From the human T2T-CHM13v2.0 reference genome, Homo sapiens: a stretch of 64,000 nucleotides of DNA. Below are positions 27,024-40,920 of the stretch, in pieces (position 1 is the stretch's first letter; every line of letters starts with the position of its first letter). The stretch lies in assembly GCF_009914755.1 (NCBI RefSeq), contig NC_060947.1. The stretch is one strand, 5' to 3'. A program made the translations under genes and the position numbers. The notes beneath the pieces are model-generated. The model made no database searches, had not been told where the DNA came from, and was given only the letters and a program-made list of their open reading frames with translations.

Positions 27024-27457
27024 CATTTGAAACACTTCTCTCTGCTGCCTCCTTGACATCTAGCTTATTCACAAATACAAGGAAGGGTGAGTTCGTTTGT
27101 CTGCTGACTGTACCCAGCTTCCACAGCTCCAGAGTCGAGAGGAACACAATATCATAGGACCTATTTTGACCACTGCATATCAGACCTATCTAGTTGAGGG
27201 TGTTTTTACACTTTTGTTTTGAGGATATCACTGTTCCCTCAAGGACAACTTCAATTTATGTCATTTTAATCAGAACTATACTAATATTTATGGCTTTTTA
27301 CCAACAAAGCATTTTTTAGAAAAGCTGTACAGAGAAACTGTACTACAATTCTTAGACTCTTTTCTGGTGCATATCCAACATGCAATGGAATCCCTTGATC
27401 AATTTTCTATGCAATATGATTAAACTGGTTCCATTGTTTACTTTTCATTTTTATTTC

Positions 27458-27623
27458 TTTTTTTAAATTTTATTTTATTATTATTGTACTTTAAGTTTTA
27501 GGGTACATGTGCACAACGTGCAGGTTAGTTACATATGTATACATGTGCCATGCTGGTGTGCTGCACCCATTAACTCGTCACTCAGCATTAGGTATATCTC
27601 CTGATGCTATCCCTCCCCCCTCC
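27458..27623 (-). mobile_element. Young 5'-truncated L1PA (L1PA2-3-like) 3' end
   Basis: caggttagttacatatgtatacatgtgccatgctggtgtg; perfect 19-bp TSD tacttttcatttttatttc at 27439-27457 and 27624-27642. Confidence 0.95.
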
Positions 27624-27689
27624 TACTTTTCATTTTTATTTCAATGATTATTTAAGACATATCAAATTTTCCTAATTATTATTTTTACT

Positions 27690-27961
27690 TTTTAAGCAAA
27701 TATTATTGTGTATACTAAGGTATACAGAACAATGTTATGAGATAGTAAAAAGGTTACTATAGTGAAACAAATTAACACATTCATCATCTCACGCAAATAC
27801 CCATTCCCCAACTACCCCATGGCAAGAGCAGCTAAAATCTGTTCATTTAGCATGAATCCTAAATACAGCACAATTTTTTACCCATAGTTATAGAATCTAA
27901 TGTTGTACATTAAATTGTAGACATATTCATGCCATATTTTGCTACTTTGTATCCTCTGATC
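27690..27961 (-). mobile_element. L1MA-type 3' end
   Basis: attgtgtatactaaggtatac..gttactatagtgaaacaaattaacacattcatcatctcac..gctaaaatct. Confidence 0.75.
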
Positions 27962-29879
27962 AATTATTAATTCTAATTTTTTGGATGTTCATTTGTGTCA
28001 ACTGTTTCTACTGGGTTCAATTTCCTTTGTCAATATTTTTCGGATCTAAATTTTGTCAAGAAGATTGAATATGTCTGTCAATTTTTAGTCTGTTACAACT
28101 TTGACATTAGGCAGTTTTAGCCAATATCAATAAACAGGTATGTAGATAGGTAGATACACAGAGAGAGGAGGATAGATAGAAAGACGGACGGATGGATAGT
28201 TGGATAGATGGATATCCTATATATCTCCTAAATCCCCAGTTTGAAACAACCTTCCAAGGAAATATAATAAAAAGTTGAATAAATCATTTCACATTGTGAG
28301 AATTGTTTGATTTCATGGCATTTGGAATATCTTTCCTGCAAAGAGCAGAAGTTACTGAGAGAAAGGTAGAATTCTTAACGAATCTTAAGATTCAGGATCA
28401 TTGCATTCTTGATATTTGTTGTAAGGCAGAGATTGAGCCAACTGACCTCTCCCAATCCCTCCTGATGCTTCCTAGAATATTTGTAATTTTGTGAAATGTT
28501 TTTCTTCACTGTGTGCTTTTTCAATTAACCACCAGCATGTTAAACGCAAGCATGAATAAAGAAAATTGCACTTTGCCCGTCCTCTTTTTGCTTCTTATAA
28601 TATACTGGGGTTGAAATGTACATTTCTTAACACACTTCCATTCAGCATTAGCAACTGATGAACAAAAAATCCAAACAGAATCATATACTACCATTGCATT
28701 TCACAAAACTACAATCAGTAAAACTTTATCCCTATTCACTTAGTTTATTATCAAATTGGCTACTTTCAAATTCCCAGTGAGCTTTATAACTAGTAACCAT
28801 GACCATAAATGCATGTACTTAGGAGGACAGGAAGTGGGATTTATTCCAATTTACACACTTGCCTTCTCTTTACTCATGGTGTAAGAAGAGTCACTGGGTC
28901 GTAACTTCAAACTCAGCTTAAGCATAGACATTTGCGCTGTGTTCACTCCCTTGGCACAGTGCCTTCTTTAAAACTGAAGGGGTCTGGTAAGAAAAAAAAA
29001 ATTGTAAGGTCCTCATTTACAAAATAAAAAGTGCCAACTTCCTTAGAAAGTTCCAGATTTCATCCAAAAAGTCCTCAGACATAGGTCACTAAGCCAAGGT
29101 CGGAGAGAATAGAATGGACTAAAGATTGGGGAACTGAAAGTTCAAGTTTGGAAGATTCACTTGAACATCTGGAAGAGATGACTGGAGTAATAGAACTCAA
29201 TAAATGACAGTCTTAGGTGGAGACCAAAATGTGCATTCTCCCAAAATCTGTGGATGGAAATTCCTGACGGTATGATTGACTTTGGAAGGAAAAATGAAAA
29301 TGTTATGGCAGGGTGTGGACTTTGAGAAACTTCTTCTTCTTGTAATAATTTGACCCTTGATTCAAAACCACTTTGTTAGGCAAATAAAGTTTTTGGGAAA
29401 AAATACATTTTTTATAACTAGATGGAATTCTACAGTATGCAAAGCTCATATTTTAGTATTATTCTCCTCCTTTTGAGCCAAGCATTGTGGTCTTTATAGA
29501 GAAAGTTCTGAATGGATTATTTTCAACTGATAGAAGTTTCTCATCACTCACATTCCTTCAGAGAAGAAGGCAAAAGGACGCCCTAAATGAATGGGTTTTC
29601 CAAAATGGCATATGTTCCCTGCTACTGTTCTAAGATAAATATAAAATTAATGTCCAAAATAAAATATTATCTGGTTCCTGGTCATTATTTTTGTCGTTTA
29701 GCTGTCAAATCTGAACCTAAATCTCATAACAACATAAGACAGAAATGACTGTTATGAATTCATAGAATGACCTAGAAGCCTAGCCAATAGGTTTTAAAGG
29801 AAGTTAAGCATTTTGTAAAGCTTGATAGGGGAAGATAAGGCATATTGCATGAGAGGTATTTTAAAATTATATCCTAGCC

Positions 29880-30075
29880 TCAGCAAATTCCATCAACTTT
29901 AATTCTAGAATATCTTCTCAAATCCACCTCCTTCTATTCAACTTCCTCTCTACCATTCACCCCAAGTGCAAACTACAGTAGATCCCTAAAAATTTCTGAT
30001 TGTACTTCACTCAGTCACTGTTTAGCAGCCCTATGATCTTTTAAAACATAAATCAGATTATGTGACCACCACCTT
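29880..30075 (+). mobile_element. L2 fragment
   Basis: aatatcttctcaaatccacctcc..tgatcttttaaaacataaatcagattatgt. Confidence 0.65.
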
Positions 30076-30435
30076 CCATTTTAAATAAATTATTGACTTC
30101 CCCTGAAAACTTCTTAGTATGTCCTTAGTATGTCCTCAAAATCATATAACGTTTTCTCTGAACAGTCTTGTCCTATCAGACCAGACCCTGCGATTACAGA
30201 CCACCACAATGTATCCCACGTTGAAAAGATGTGGGATTTTTTTTAAGTGACTTGGAATTTGCCCATGTATGAGATTCTAACCCAAGCACTAAGAGCATGT
30301 TTTTATAAGTAGAATTTATTATGTACTGTTTTATGCATCCAAATAACGTATGTTTGCATAAATTATGAAACATAAAAAATTAACCCCATGGACCCTCCAA
30401 ATACCTATGAAACTAAATATATCTCTATACTCCTT

Positions 30436-31562
30436 TGTAACGGGGTTTAGGGCATGCTACCCCAATATAGGCACCTGGGCATTTGAGGAAACAGCAGAAG
30501 CAGGAAGCAGGAAGGTCACCTTCCCTTCACCCTTCTCCCCTGATGCAGCTCATAAAAGAAGTCTCTGACCTTTCTCTGACATAGATCATGAGACCTTCAT
30601 TTCAGAGATATCCTCCCTATATCTGGGGAAAAGGAACATCTGTATCCTTCAAGACACAGAGAGGCCAAGAGTCTGAATAAATAGGACTTGCTGAGTTGCC
30701 CCCAGTTTATCACCATTAGCCCAAGCCTTTGTATCCTCCAATTATACTCTTCTATGACTTCCCATAAAAATACAGTGTTCCTGTTTCTTTGAGCCTTCAT
30801 TTATGAAGGCCCTCATGTCACATAAAGCTTATATTGAACTGTAAACTAGTTCAACCATTGTGGAAGTCAGTGTGGTGATTCCTCAGGGATCTAGAACTAG
30901 AAATACCAATTGACCCAGTAATCCCATTACTGGGTATATACCCAAAGGATTATAAATCATGCTGCTATAAAGACACATGCACACAAATGTTTATTGTGGC
31001 ACTATTCACAATAGCAAAGACTTGGAACCAACCCAAATGTCCAACAATGATAGACTGGATTAAGAAAATGTGGCACATATACACCATGGAATACTATGCA
31101 GCCATAAAAAATGATGAGTTCATGTCCTTTGTAGGGACATGGATGGAGCTGGAAACCATCATTCTCAGCAAACTATCGCAAGGACAAAAAACCAAAACAC
31201 CACATGTTCTCACTCATAGGTGGGAATTGAACAATGAGAACACATGGACACAGGAAGGAGAACATCACACACTGGGGCCTGTTGTGGGGTAGGGGGAGGG
31301 GGGAGGGATAGCATTAGGAGATATACCTAATGTTAAATGACGAGTTAATGGGTGCAGCACGCCAACATGGCACAGGTATGCATGTGTAACAAGCCTGCAC
31401 GTTGTGCACATGTACCCTAAAACTTAAAGTATAATAAAAAATAAATAAATAAATAAGCTTATATTAAATAAATTAGTGTGCTTTTCTCTTGTTAGTCTCT
31501 CTTTTATGATAGGTGTTTCCATCATAAACCCTGTGATGGATAAGAAATCTTTTCTCTCCTAC
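30436..31562 (+). mobile_element. MER31-like ERV1 LTR split by L1PA
   Basis: tgtaacggggtttagggcatgctacccc..ggcatttgaggaaacagcagaagcaggaag start; LTR resumes after the L1 with aaataaattagtgtgcttttctcttgtta. Confidence 0.8.
30836..31454 (+). mobile_element. 5'-truncated L1PA4/5-like LINE-1
   Basis: ORF2 C-terminus (MFIVALFTIAKTWNQPKCP...), G-rich 3'UTR, (AAAT)n tail; TSD aagcttatatt at 30825-30835 and 31455-31465. Confidence 0.95.
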
Positions 31563-31929
31563 CTTCTTTTATCTTATCACTTTTTCTCTTTCCAGAAACA
31601 ACCACTACTCTGAAATTTGTGCTCTTCATTCTCTTGATTTTAAGTAAATAAATATCTTTTCATTATATATATCATTTTATTACATGCATATTTGTCCCTA
31701 AATATGTTTTGTTTGGTGGGGTTTTCAAATCAACTTAGCATATTTATACTTGTTTTGTTGAGGTTATTTTATGAACAGTTATGGGCATCTATTTTTCTTG
31801 ATTTTATACTCATATAACAATCACCATCATAAGATGGAGAATATTTTCATCACCCTAAAATGTTATTTAATCCCCCTTTAGACTTAATGGCTGCCATTCC
31901 TCTATATCTCAAGGCAACTATTGACAGAG

Positions 31930-32490
31930 AATTCTCATTATTATTAATCATCAGAAAAATGCAAATTAAAACCACAGCAAAACATCAATACACACTGAGC
32001 AAAATGATGAAAATGGAAAAGACTGATCATACCAAGTGTTGGTGAAGATATGGAGCAACTGGGATGCTCACATAGCTGTGGAGGGATGAAAATGGCACAA
32101 CCACTTTGCAAAACAATTTAGCATTTTCTTTTTAAAAGTCAAATGTACCACCTGGAGTACTACACAGCAATTTCGCTTATAGGATTTACCCCAAAGAAAT
32201 GATAACTTATGTCCATAAAGCAATGTTTGCACAAAAGTTCCTAGCAACTTTATTAATGAAAGTCCCAAACTAGAAGCAACAACAATGTCGAACAACAGGA
32301 GAATAGATTAACAAATTGTGGTGTATTGATAGACTAATACTCAGCAATAAAAATGAAACTATTATTACATGCAACAGTGTGGATACATCTCAAAATTATG
32401 ACTTTAAGGAAAAGAAACCAGATGAAAAAGAGAAAAAACTACATGATTTCATTTCTTTTTAATTACAACAGGCAAGACTAATGTATGGTA
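31930..32490 (+). mobile_element. Ancient L1M (MD/ME-like) ORF2 3' fragment flanked by antisense L1M pieces
   Basis: aaatgcaaattaaaaccaca..ataccaagtgttggtgaagatatggagcaactgg..ctcagcaataaaaatgaa. Confidence 0.8.
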
Positions 32491-32782
32491 ACACCAAAGC
32501 ACGTCAATTTTATTTGCTTCCATGCTTTATGAAAAGTGATATTGTAGTAGCTTTATTTTTTCAGTTAGTGTCAAGTTTCTAACATATTGTTAGGTGTTGA
32601 TATAGTTCACTGTAGTTCATTTACTCTGCTTGTTGTGTAACGTTTCACTGGATAAACTGCTAAGACTTGGTCAGCAGGACAGATATGGCCCACCATCTGT
32701 AGTTTGCTAACCCCTGCTTTAAGCTATTACCCCCAAAGCTACTGACCACTGGCTCTGCACATCTGGACTACATCAGCTTCTA

Positions 32783-33025
32783 GAGGGGTCAAAAAACTGA
32801 CAGCAAAAAAAATTAGTCTGTGGGTCAATCTGGCCTAGTACCTGTTTTTATAAATAAAGTTTTATTGGAACACAGCCACATTAGTTTTTATGTTGTCTAT
32901 GTCTGTTTCCACACTACAAAGAAAGAGTTGAGTACTCACGTAAGAGACCCTGAGGCCTGCAAAGCCTAAACTATTTACTATCTACAACTTTACAAAAAAA
33001 ATTTTTTTTTTCTTCCAAGCCCTGC
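32783..33025 (+). mobile_element. MER58A hAT fossil
   Basis: cctgtttttataaataaagttttattggaacacagccac..gcaaagcctaaactatttactatct. Confidence 0.88.
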
Positions 33026-35775
33026 ACCAGAGTATGAACAAAGCTCTTAACCTAAAAGTCTGAGCTGAACAAATACAAGCAAAGCTACCTTTCAAGATGG
33101 TAGCTGAGAAAAATAAAGGAAAAATAAATTACTTAAAAATATCCCAAACTGAGACTACTGTTCGCACTGAAAAACATTCCATTGCTTTCAAAATAGTTAG
33201 AATTTTTTTAGCCTGCATGCACAGTGTAAGTCTCAGGGGCTTTGTGACAGTCATACCCTTTATTGCCTAGATAGCCTTCTTGGCCTCCACTACAGCTTGT
33301 AATGATTTAGCCTGTCTTCTCAGGAATGTTCAAGGATTGAATGAAGTCAGAAGACCCCAAATAGACCCTCATCTGTCCTGAGGTTGGCATTCAAGAAGAG
33401 ATTGTGTCCCAGGGGAAGGGAAAGAAGATGTGTCCTCCATTCATAATGTGTTTCTGTTCTAAACATTGAATTTATTTGCAGAAAACTAACCTATCCAGGA
33501 CTTGGTTTTCTTTTTTTTTTTTTTTCCTTTAATTTTACACAGACAAACTTTTATTCATACCAGTGAATATTTCCATTTTCTAAGCCATCTTCTGGGAATA
33601 GGAAACTGTCTACGTTTGTCAAGGTGTAAAGAGGATTTGCTTTCAGCACCGCAAACACTTCTTCCCTTAAACCTTTGAAATAAACTATTAGCTAACGTTA
33701 TCCTTAAAACACCTCCCTTTTAATCCCCTGGCTTAATAGCAAAACCACCTACTACCCTCTCTCTTTCTATGGCCCCAAAAGAGGCATTCTCTAAGAAAGG
33801 AGGTGGCTGGCATTTGGCCAGAAAAGTCCCAAGATGAGAGGAAACATACTCCGAGGCATTTCTCTCAAGATCACAGACTCATGGTCGAGTCCCTCCTGGG
33901 AAATTTTCAAGATGAGGGTTTTCCTATTCAGAAACACCTTTCTTAAACATAACCTAAAAGGTAGCCTCTGAAACAAATATTATTTAGGAAAGAAAAGACC
34001 CAGGTTCTTGTTTGAAAACTCTCATTTTCAGTCTGCCAGCCTACAGTGTACAACAATGTGTATCTTGATTTAACTTGATCTCCACCCAGTGATTTGTGCA
34101 GCCCCACGTAATCTGCAGAGTCTTAGAACCAGGCAAAGTCTCTATTGAAGCTGCTGGCTGTGTTTGCTGAACTGAAAGGGAATCCAGATTAAGAGGTGAA
34201 ACTATTCCAAGCTCTGTGCCAAGAAGACACCGAAGAATGTGCCCAAGTTTCCTGAGTCTCCTGATAACACAGGCTTGGAGCTGGCAGTGCTGTGCACGTA
34301 AACTGAGACTGCAAGCTCTGACACAGAAGGAAAACTTGCTCATTGTTGCTGCCTGCCATTTGGATCACAATAACAAAAATTGCTGGCGGTTGTTGACATT
34401 CTTAAATTACAGGCCACAGCTTTATACGTTTTTATTAATCACCTTTTGCAAGTTCCAAGGGTCACGCCAAAGAAAATAAGAATTTTCCTGTTCTGTTTGG
34501 ATAGAGCTTTCTAGGTTGACATTTTGGCTCCCAAAAATCTCACTCAAAACTCACAGTTCACCTGTGAGGTAGGTAGAAAATATATCCCTGCTTCCAGAGG
34601 AGGAAAGCCAGACTCAGAGAAAAGGAGGTTTGTGCCTGCTATTGAGAGCTTCAGAATAAAGATCATCTACCTTCCAGCTCAAAATGTAATTAGCCAAGCA
34701 AATCCAAGCCTTTTATTTGGCAGGAAGTTTTCTGCTTCTTGAGTGTGCTAAGAAAAGGTTGTGAAATGCTAGTTTGGCTGCTGGAAGAAAGGGCAGTGCA
34801 GAATGATCTTTCCCCTTGGTTAAAGCTGAGGTACGGAATATCTGAACTGTTATTTCTCTAAACAGCCTGAGCAAGGGAGCTGGAATCTTGATCAAACAAG
34901 GAGGATTGATTCACAGGGTAGATGGGGGAGCCCAGGGGACATAGTTGGAATAAGTCCAATATATGGTGTATTAAAGCCTAAAGGTTATTATTGATTCTGT
35001 TCTGTCAACACTTTATTTTTCTTCACTAGAGGAGTTTCTCCTAGAAATATGGACTCCTTGGTCGCTATAGTTCCATTTAAACCATTAAAGCATAAGCCTG
35101 GCTTGTATAGTTTCTATACTTGCTTTAATAATTATGACTGTGAAACTTTTCTGTAAAGAGAGTATCTGCTCTTCCTTTATTCTGTTTATTGGACAGCAAG
35201 CCAACCTACCTCCCACCTTTCTCATCTACAACACAGAAGACACGATCGCTTTGTTTACCTGGACATGAGCATACCATGTTGATTTAGGAATCTACGTAGG
35301 GTGGAGGTAGGCAGGAACAGCCTGCCAGAATCTTTTGGCTCGACCTCGAGCTCCCTCAGAATGCAATTCACACTATTTCACCAGGAAGTGGTTAACATGG
35401 CTTGTCTTAAACATGAAACCACCAGAGAAGTGTTGCTAATACTCAACATTATGTATAACTTCCTCTGGGCACGAGACCCCGGTAGGATGTGGTTCTGTTT
35501 CCAGGCTCCAAAGTATGTGGCTGTGATTTTGCTTCTCACCTCTCATTAGGAAGGAAAATTACTATAGAGCCACCCTTTGTCTGCAGGAGAACATTAGTCT
35601 CTCAACTAGAGAGGAAGCCATCACCTACGCCCCACAAATGTCTGTCCACCTTTTTCATGCAATTTATTACAACCGAAGACTGCCTTAACGTGGGGGATGT
35701 TTCTTAGGTCATTCTTTTTTATTCCTATGTCATTTTCAGGAAATTTCCTGCTGAGCAGGCAAATAGAATCTTACA

Positions 35776-35882
35776 TATGTGTGTGCATGTGTGTATGTGT
35801 GTATAGTCATGTGTGGATATTTATGTGTGTGTATGTGTGTGTGTACTTATGTGTGTTCGTATGTGTGTGTGTGTGCGTGCAT
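35776..35882. repeat. Degenerate (TG)n tract
   Basis: Directly visible. Confidence 0.9.
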
Positions 35883-36524
35883 GCATTCCTTTTGGGTAAT
35901 AGAATTTATTCTGCACTCTGAATGCAATCTGATGCAATCTGATACTGTCTCTTTAAATATTTTTTGTTGCTTGAATGGTCCCCATTCTGATTTGGAGTTT
36001 TGAAACAAAATGAAATCAAATAGTGTGAAATACTCTTCACCACCTTCTCATTCACATTTGCCCCCAGTTAAAAAATTTATTGGCCTTTATATTTTGTTAT
36101 TTCAAGGTCCAAAATTGGACTGTGACATAATTAAATAATTAAAAAATAGAAAAGTATAGATCATAATGGGAGATGCTTGAGACATTTAGGTGTGAGGAGT
36201 CATAGTGAGTCCTATGACTCCAAATTCCGGTAACTGTGCACCTTTGCAGAGAATCCCTCTCAACGAGATATTGACTGCTGGTTAATTGAAGGGAATTTCA
36301 GCATCTTAAAAGACACACCTGTCCTAAAAATGGTCTGAGCTGAGTGCCAACAGTAATTAGGCTCCCGGGGAGCTTAGGCAAATTTTGACACATTGAATTT
36401 TTAGGGACCTAAAAGGTGAGTGTTAAAAAACTTACCTCTAATTCAAAGTAGTGAATTTTTAGAAAGTTGTGTCAATATAAACTTGAATCAAAATTTTACA
36501 GAGAAAAGGTTATGAGTATGATAA

Positions 36525-36770
36525 AATTGCACTGAAGTACACACAAACATATACACTAACACACAAATGAGGGCATGAAAAACCAGGGAAATGTGAATGA
36601 GGTTGGTGAGGTTGGCGGATGTCAGCTTCCTGGTTGTGACATTGTACTGTAGTTCTTTCTTCAAGAGGTTACTCTTGGGGAAAACTGGATGAAGGATACT
36701 TGAGATCTCTCTGTATTATTTCTTACACCTACATGTAAAACTAAAATTATCTCAAAAAAATTTTTTAATT
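36525..36770 (+). mobile_element. L1MC-type 3'UTR end
   Basis: ttcctggttgtgacattgtact..ggggaaaactggatgaaggatac..gatctctctgtattatttcttaca. Confidence 0.75.
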
Positions 36771-36874
36771 ACTTAAAGAAACCATATGAAGAAAGGCAGA
36801 AAAATGGCAGGAAGAAAGCATTTGTAATATTCCAAGGAGGGAAGGCAGGCAGAGAGGACAGGTATAATCTTTAG

Positions 36875-37265
<391 letters not shown>

Positions 37266-37774
37266 GGGTTTTCCTTTCTTGATGCAAACACCCAGACATA
37301 GAATGTTGTGCCTGGATTGAGTAGAAGCCACCAACAGTTGTCTCAGCTACCAGATAAACCATCAAAATGGAATCATAACTCTCCTTTGTTGCTTTCCTTT
37401 ATAACTGTGAAAGCTGAAATCTGGCTTCTAGACTTATCAAAACTAAATTGAAAAATTGTGGTTTGCTCCTCCTTTGGAAAAACCAACCCTTAGGTTAAAA
37501 TGCTAACTAGGCTTCATTTTAAATCATGAAGAGCAGGGGGAAAAGAGACACAGTCACCACAGACAAGCTGACCAATTTATGTTCCATCATATTTCACAGC
37601 CTGGCGTCACTATTTTGCCCTTCCATAGGGAATCTGACATCTTTCGTCTCTTTTTCCTAAAGATCTTTCTTCTGCAGGCAAGGCTGGAGGGCTGGAGTGC
37701 TGGAGCACTTCCATCTGCCCTCTAGACGTACTTTCCACCCAGGGCTCTTTACCCTCATGGGCTACAAGAACGGG

Positions 37775-38022
37775 CTCTTTTTCTCAACATGACGTTTTGG
37801 AGATTCAGTCATATTTGTGCTTCTGTCTGTCATATGTGCTTTTTGTTTGTTGGTACCAACATGTGTACACTCCATTCTATGAGCATGCCATACTGTGTTC
37901 ATCCATTTTCCTTTGAATGGATATTTACATTGAAATTCAACTCCTAGATATAGACCTAAGAGAAATGAGTGCATATATACACAAAAGAGTTGTACAAATA
38001 TGTTCACAGCAGCTTTATACAT
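37775..38022. mobile_element. Ancient L1ME-like fragment in two opposite orientations
   Basis: Antisense piece 37775-37930 joined to sense piece aattcaactcctagatatagacctaagagaaatga..gttcacagcagctttat. Confidence 0.7.
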
Positions 38023-38034
38023 ATATATAATGTA

Positions 38035-38068
<34 letters not shown>

Positions 38069-38070
<2 letters not shown>

Positions 38071-38403
38071 GTCTTGCTCTAACAACATGTCAACAACAGA
38101 CCGCATATACAACAGTGCTCCCATGAGATTATAATACTGTATTTTTACTGTACTGTGCCTTTTCCATATTTAGATACCCAACTTCTTATCATTGGGTTAC
38201 AATTACCTACAGTATGTAGTACAGGATCAGGCTGTTCAGGTTTGTAGCCTAGGAGCAATAGGTTATACCATATAGTCCAGGTATATAGCAGGCTATACCA
38301 TCTAAGTTTGTGTAAGTCCACTCTGTGATGTTCACATGATGACAAAATCATCTAAGGACACATTTCTCAGAACCTCTCACTATTGCTAAGCAACACATGA
38401 CTG
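38069..38403. mobile_element. Tigger3a (MER7A) MITE
   Basis: gaccgcatatacaacagtgctcccatgagattataatactgtatttttactgtac..catttctcagaac..catgactg. Confidence 0.88.
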
Positions 38404-39372
38404 TGTATGATAGAAAAACATGAGGATACATGCAGGTAGTAAGGAAAGAAGAGAGCATCTTTGGGAAGTGAGGGGTAGGAATTCCAGGAGGATGAGCCAA
38501 AAATTTTGAAGCATAGGTCCAAAAGGCAATTTTAGTGTTAGGAGGCATTTTGCATTCTGCAGCCTTAGTTCAAATTCTACATAACTTCATTTCTGCCTCC
38601 CTTAGTTCACAGCTCTCTGATTCTATAAAAACATCAATATTCCTGATATCAAGGGCACTTAACTTCAGCAATGCAAGTGTCTGAGTTAAAGAGGATTAAA
38701 ATGCGCTGACTCCAAGTTTCTCTATTTGAATTACAGCCCATTCTACAGTATTGGGCCTTAAAGATCAGATTCCTCACCTCACCTTCCAAAACACTGATAC
38801 CATGGACACCAAATAGCAAACAAATTACTAGAAGCAATGCAGTTTAGTAGACATGCCATTGGAATGGATATCATAACGCCTAGATTTTTACTGTAGTACT
38901 GCTACAGGAGTGCTGAATCCACTTAAACCCTTCTCGTAGCACTTTTGACTATAAAATAATAGCATTTGATTGCGTGACTGTAAGATTGTCTCACCTTCAC
39001 TAACCTACAAGGTATTTGAAGTTCTCTTATTTCCTAAATTAGTAGTTTCACATCTCCCTTTAGTTCTCTATTTTCCCTCATGTCTCTTGAAGAGCATCTC
39101 CAAGGCTCATTCATTTTCCTTTTCAGGATTACGCACTTCACACAGAATCAAGAGGCTGGTTTCCCTGCACATGGAGCAGCTTTTCTCTGTATTTGTTTGT
39201 AAAAGACCCCAAGAAAGCAATCACATTTTCTTTCCGTAAATCAAAGCCAAAAGGTAGCTGCCAACACCTGACTTCATGGGTACCAACCAGCTGCAGTTAC
39301 ATACCAAGAGGAAATTTAATGAGTCATCTCCTTAAGATGACGTGCTGGTTGTTTAGAGTGAGTTCTCAATGA

Positions 39373-39729
<357 letters not shown>

Positions 39730-39959
39730 TAACAGTGTCAGTGTTGCCCAGATTTCCCACACAATATCATATCTGTGTAAAACATGACTCAGGCAGGGAA
39801 GCAGAACTACAAAGATAGCTAAAGCTATAGATATAAATTCAGATATGGATACAGATAGATATACACATATATATCCTCTTTATACATGTATGATTGATAA
39901 AAATATATGAAATCTATTTATCTTTCTAGAGGAAGCAAGAGAGAAAAAGCTAGAGAGCT

Positions 39960-40920
39960 ATCATCTATCTGTATATGTGTTTATTCCATCCATCCATCCA
40001 TCCATCCATCCATCCATCCATCCACGTATTCATCTATCCATGTGCATTAGTCCATTTTCACACTGCTATAAAGAACTGCCTGAGACTGGGATATATATAT
40101 ATATATATATATATGAGGTTTAATTGACTCACAGTTCCACATGGCTGGGGAGGCTTCAGGAAACTTATAATCATGGCGGAAGGTGAAAGGGAAGCAAGGC
40201 ACCTTCTTTACAAGGCGGCAGGAAGGAGAAATACCCAGGGAAGGGGGAAGAGGCCCTTATAAAACCATTAGATCTCATGAGAATTCACTATCATGAGAAC
40301 AGCATGGGGGAAACCAACCCAGTGATGCAATTACCTCCACCTAGTCTCTCCCTTGACATGTGGGAATTATGGTGATTACAATTCAAGATGAGATTTGGGC
40401 GGGGACACAAAGCCTAACCATATCACCATCTATCTATCTAGATCTATTCCGTCCATTTATCTATCCATCTCTCCACTCATTCATCCATTCATCTATATCT
40501 CTTCCAGCTATCTTTCTGTCCATCCATCTACCTATTCATCTATTCATCTATCTACCTAGACCTATTCTATCTGTCTATTCATCTATCTATATCTATTCCA
40601 GCTATCTATCTTTCTGTCCATCCATACATATATTCATCTATCCATCTATCTAGATCTATTCCACCTATCGTCTATCTATCCATCTATTCATCTGTCTATT
40701 CATCTATCCATCCATTTATATCTATTCCAGCTATCTATCTTTCTGTTCACCTATACATTCCATACATTTATTCATCTATCCATCTATCTATCTAGATCTA
40801 TTCTACCTATCATCTATCTATCCATCTATTCATCCATACATCTATTCATCTATCCATCTATCTAGAACTATTTCAGGTAGCTCTCTATTTATTTGAGAGA
40901 GAGAGAGAGAGAGAGAGAGA
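39960..40920. repeat. (TCCA/TCTA)n low-complexity tract plus (GA)n, split by THE1
   Basis: Directly visible. Confidence 0.9.
40043..40425 (-). mobile_element. THE1 MaLR solo LTR with internal (TA)n
   Basis: tgcattagtcc..aaccatatca; near-TSD ccatg/ccatc; (TA)n at ~40091-40114. Confidence 0.93.

Noticed and set aside
30987-31292. ORF with clear protein similarity (also 22078-22496)
   Set aside because: It is the C-terminus of LINE-1 ORF2p inside 5'-truncated, frameshifted L1 copies, not a gene.
31287-31308. G-quadruplex-like ggggtagggggagggggaggg
   Set aside because: This is the standard L1PA 3'UTR G-tract.
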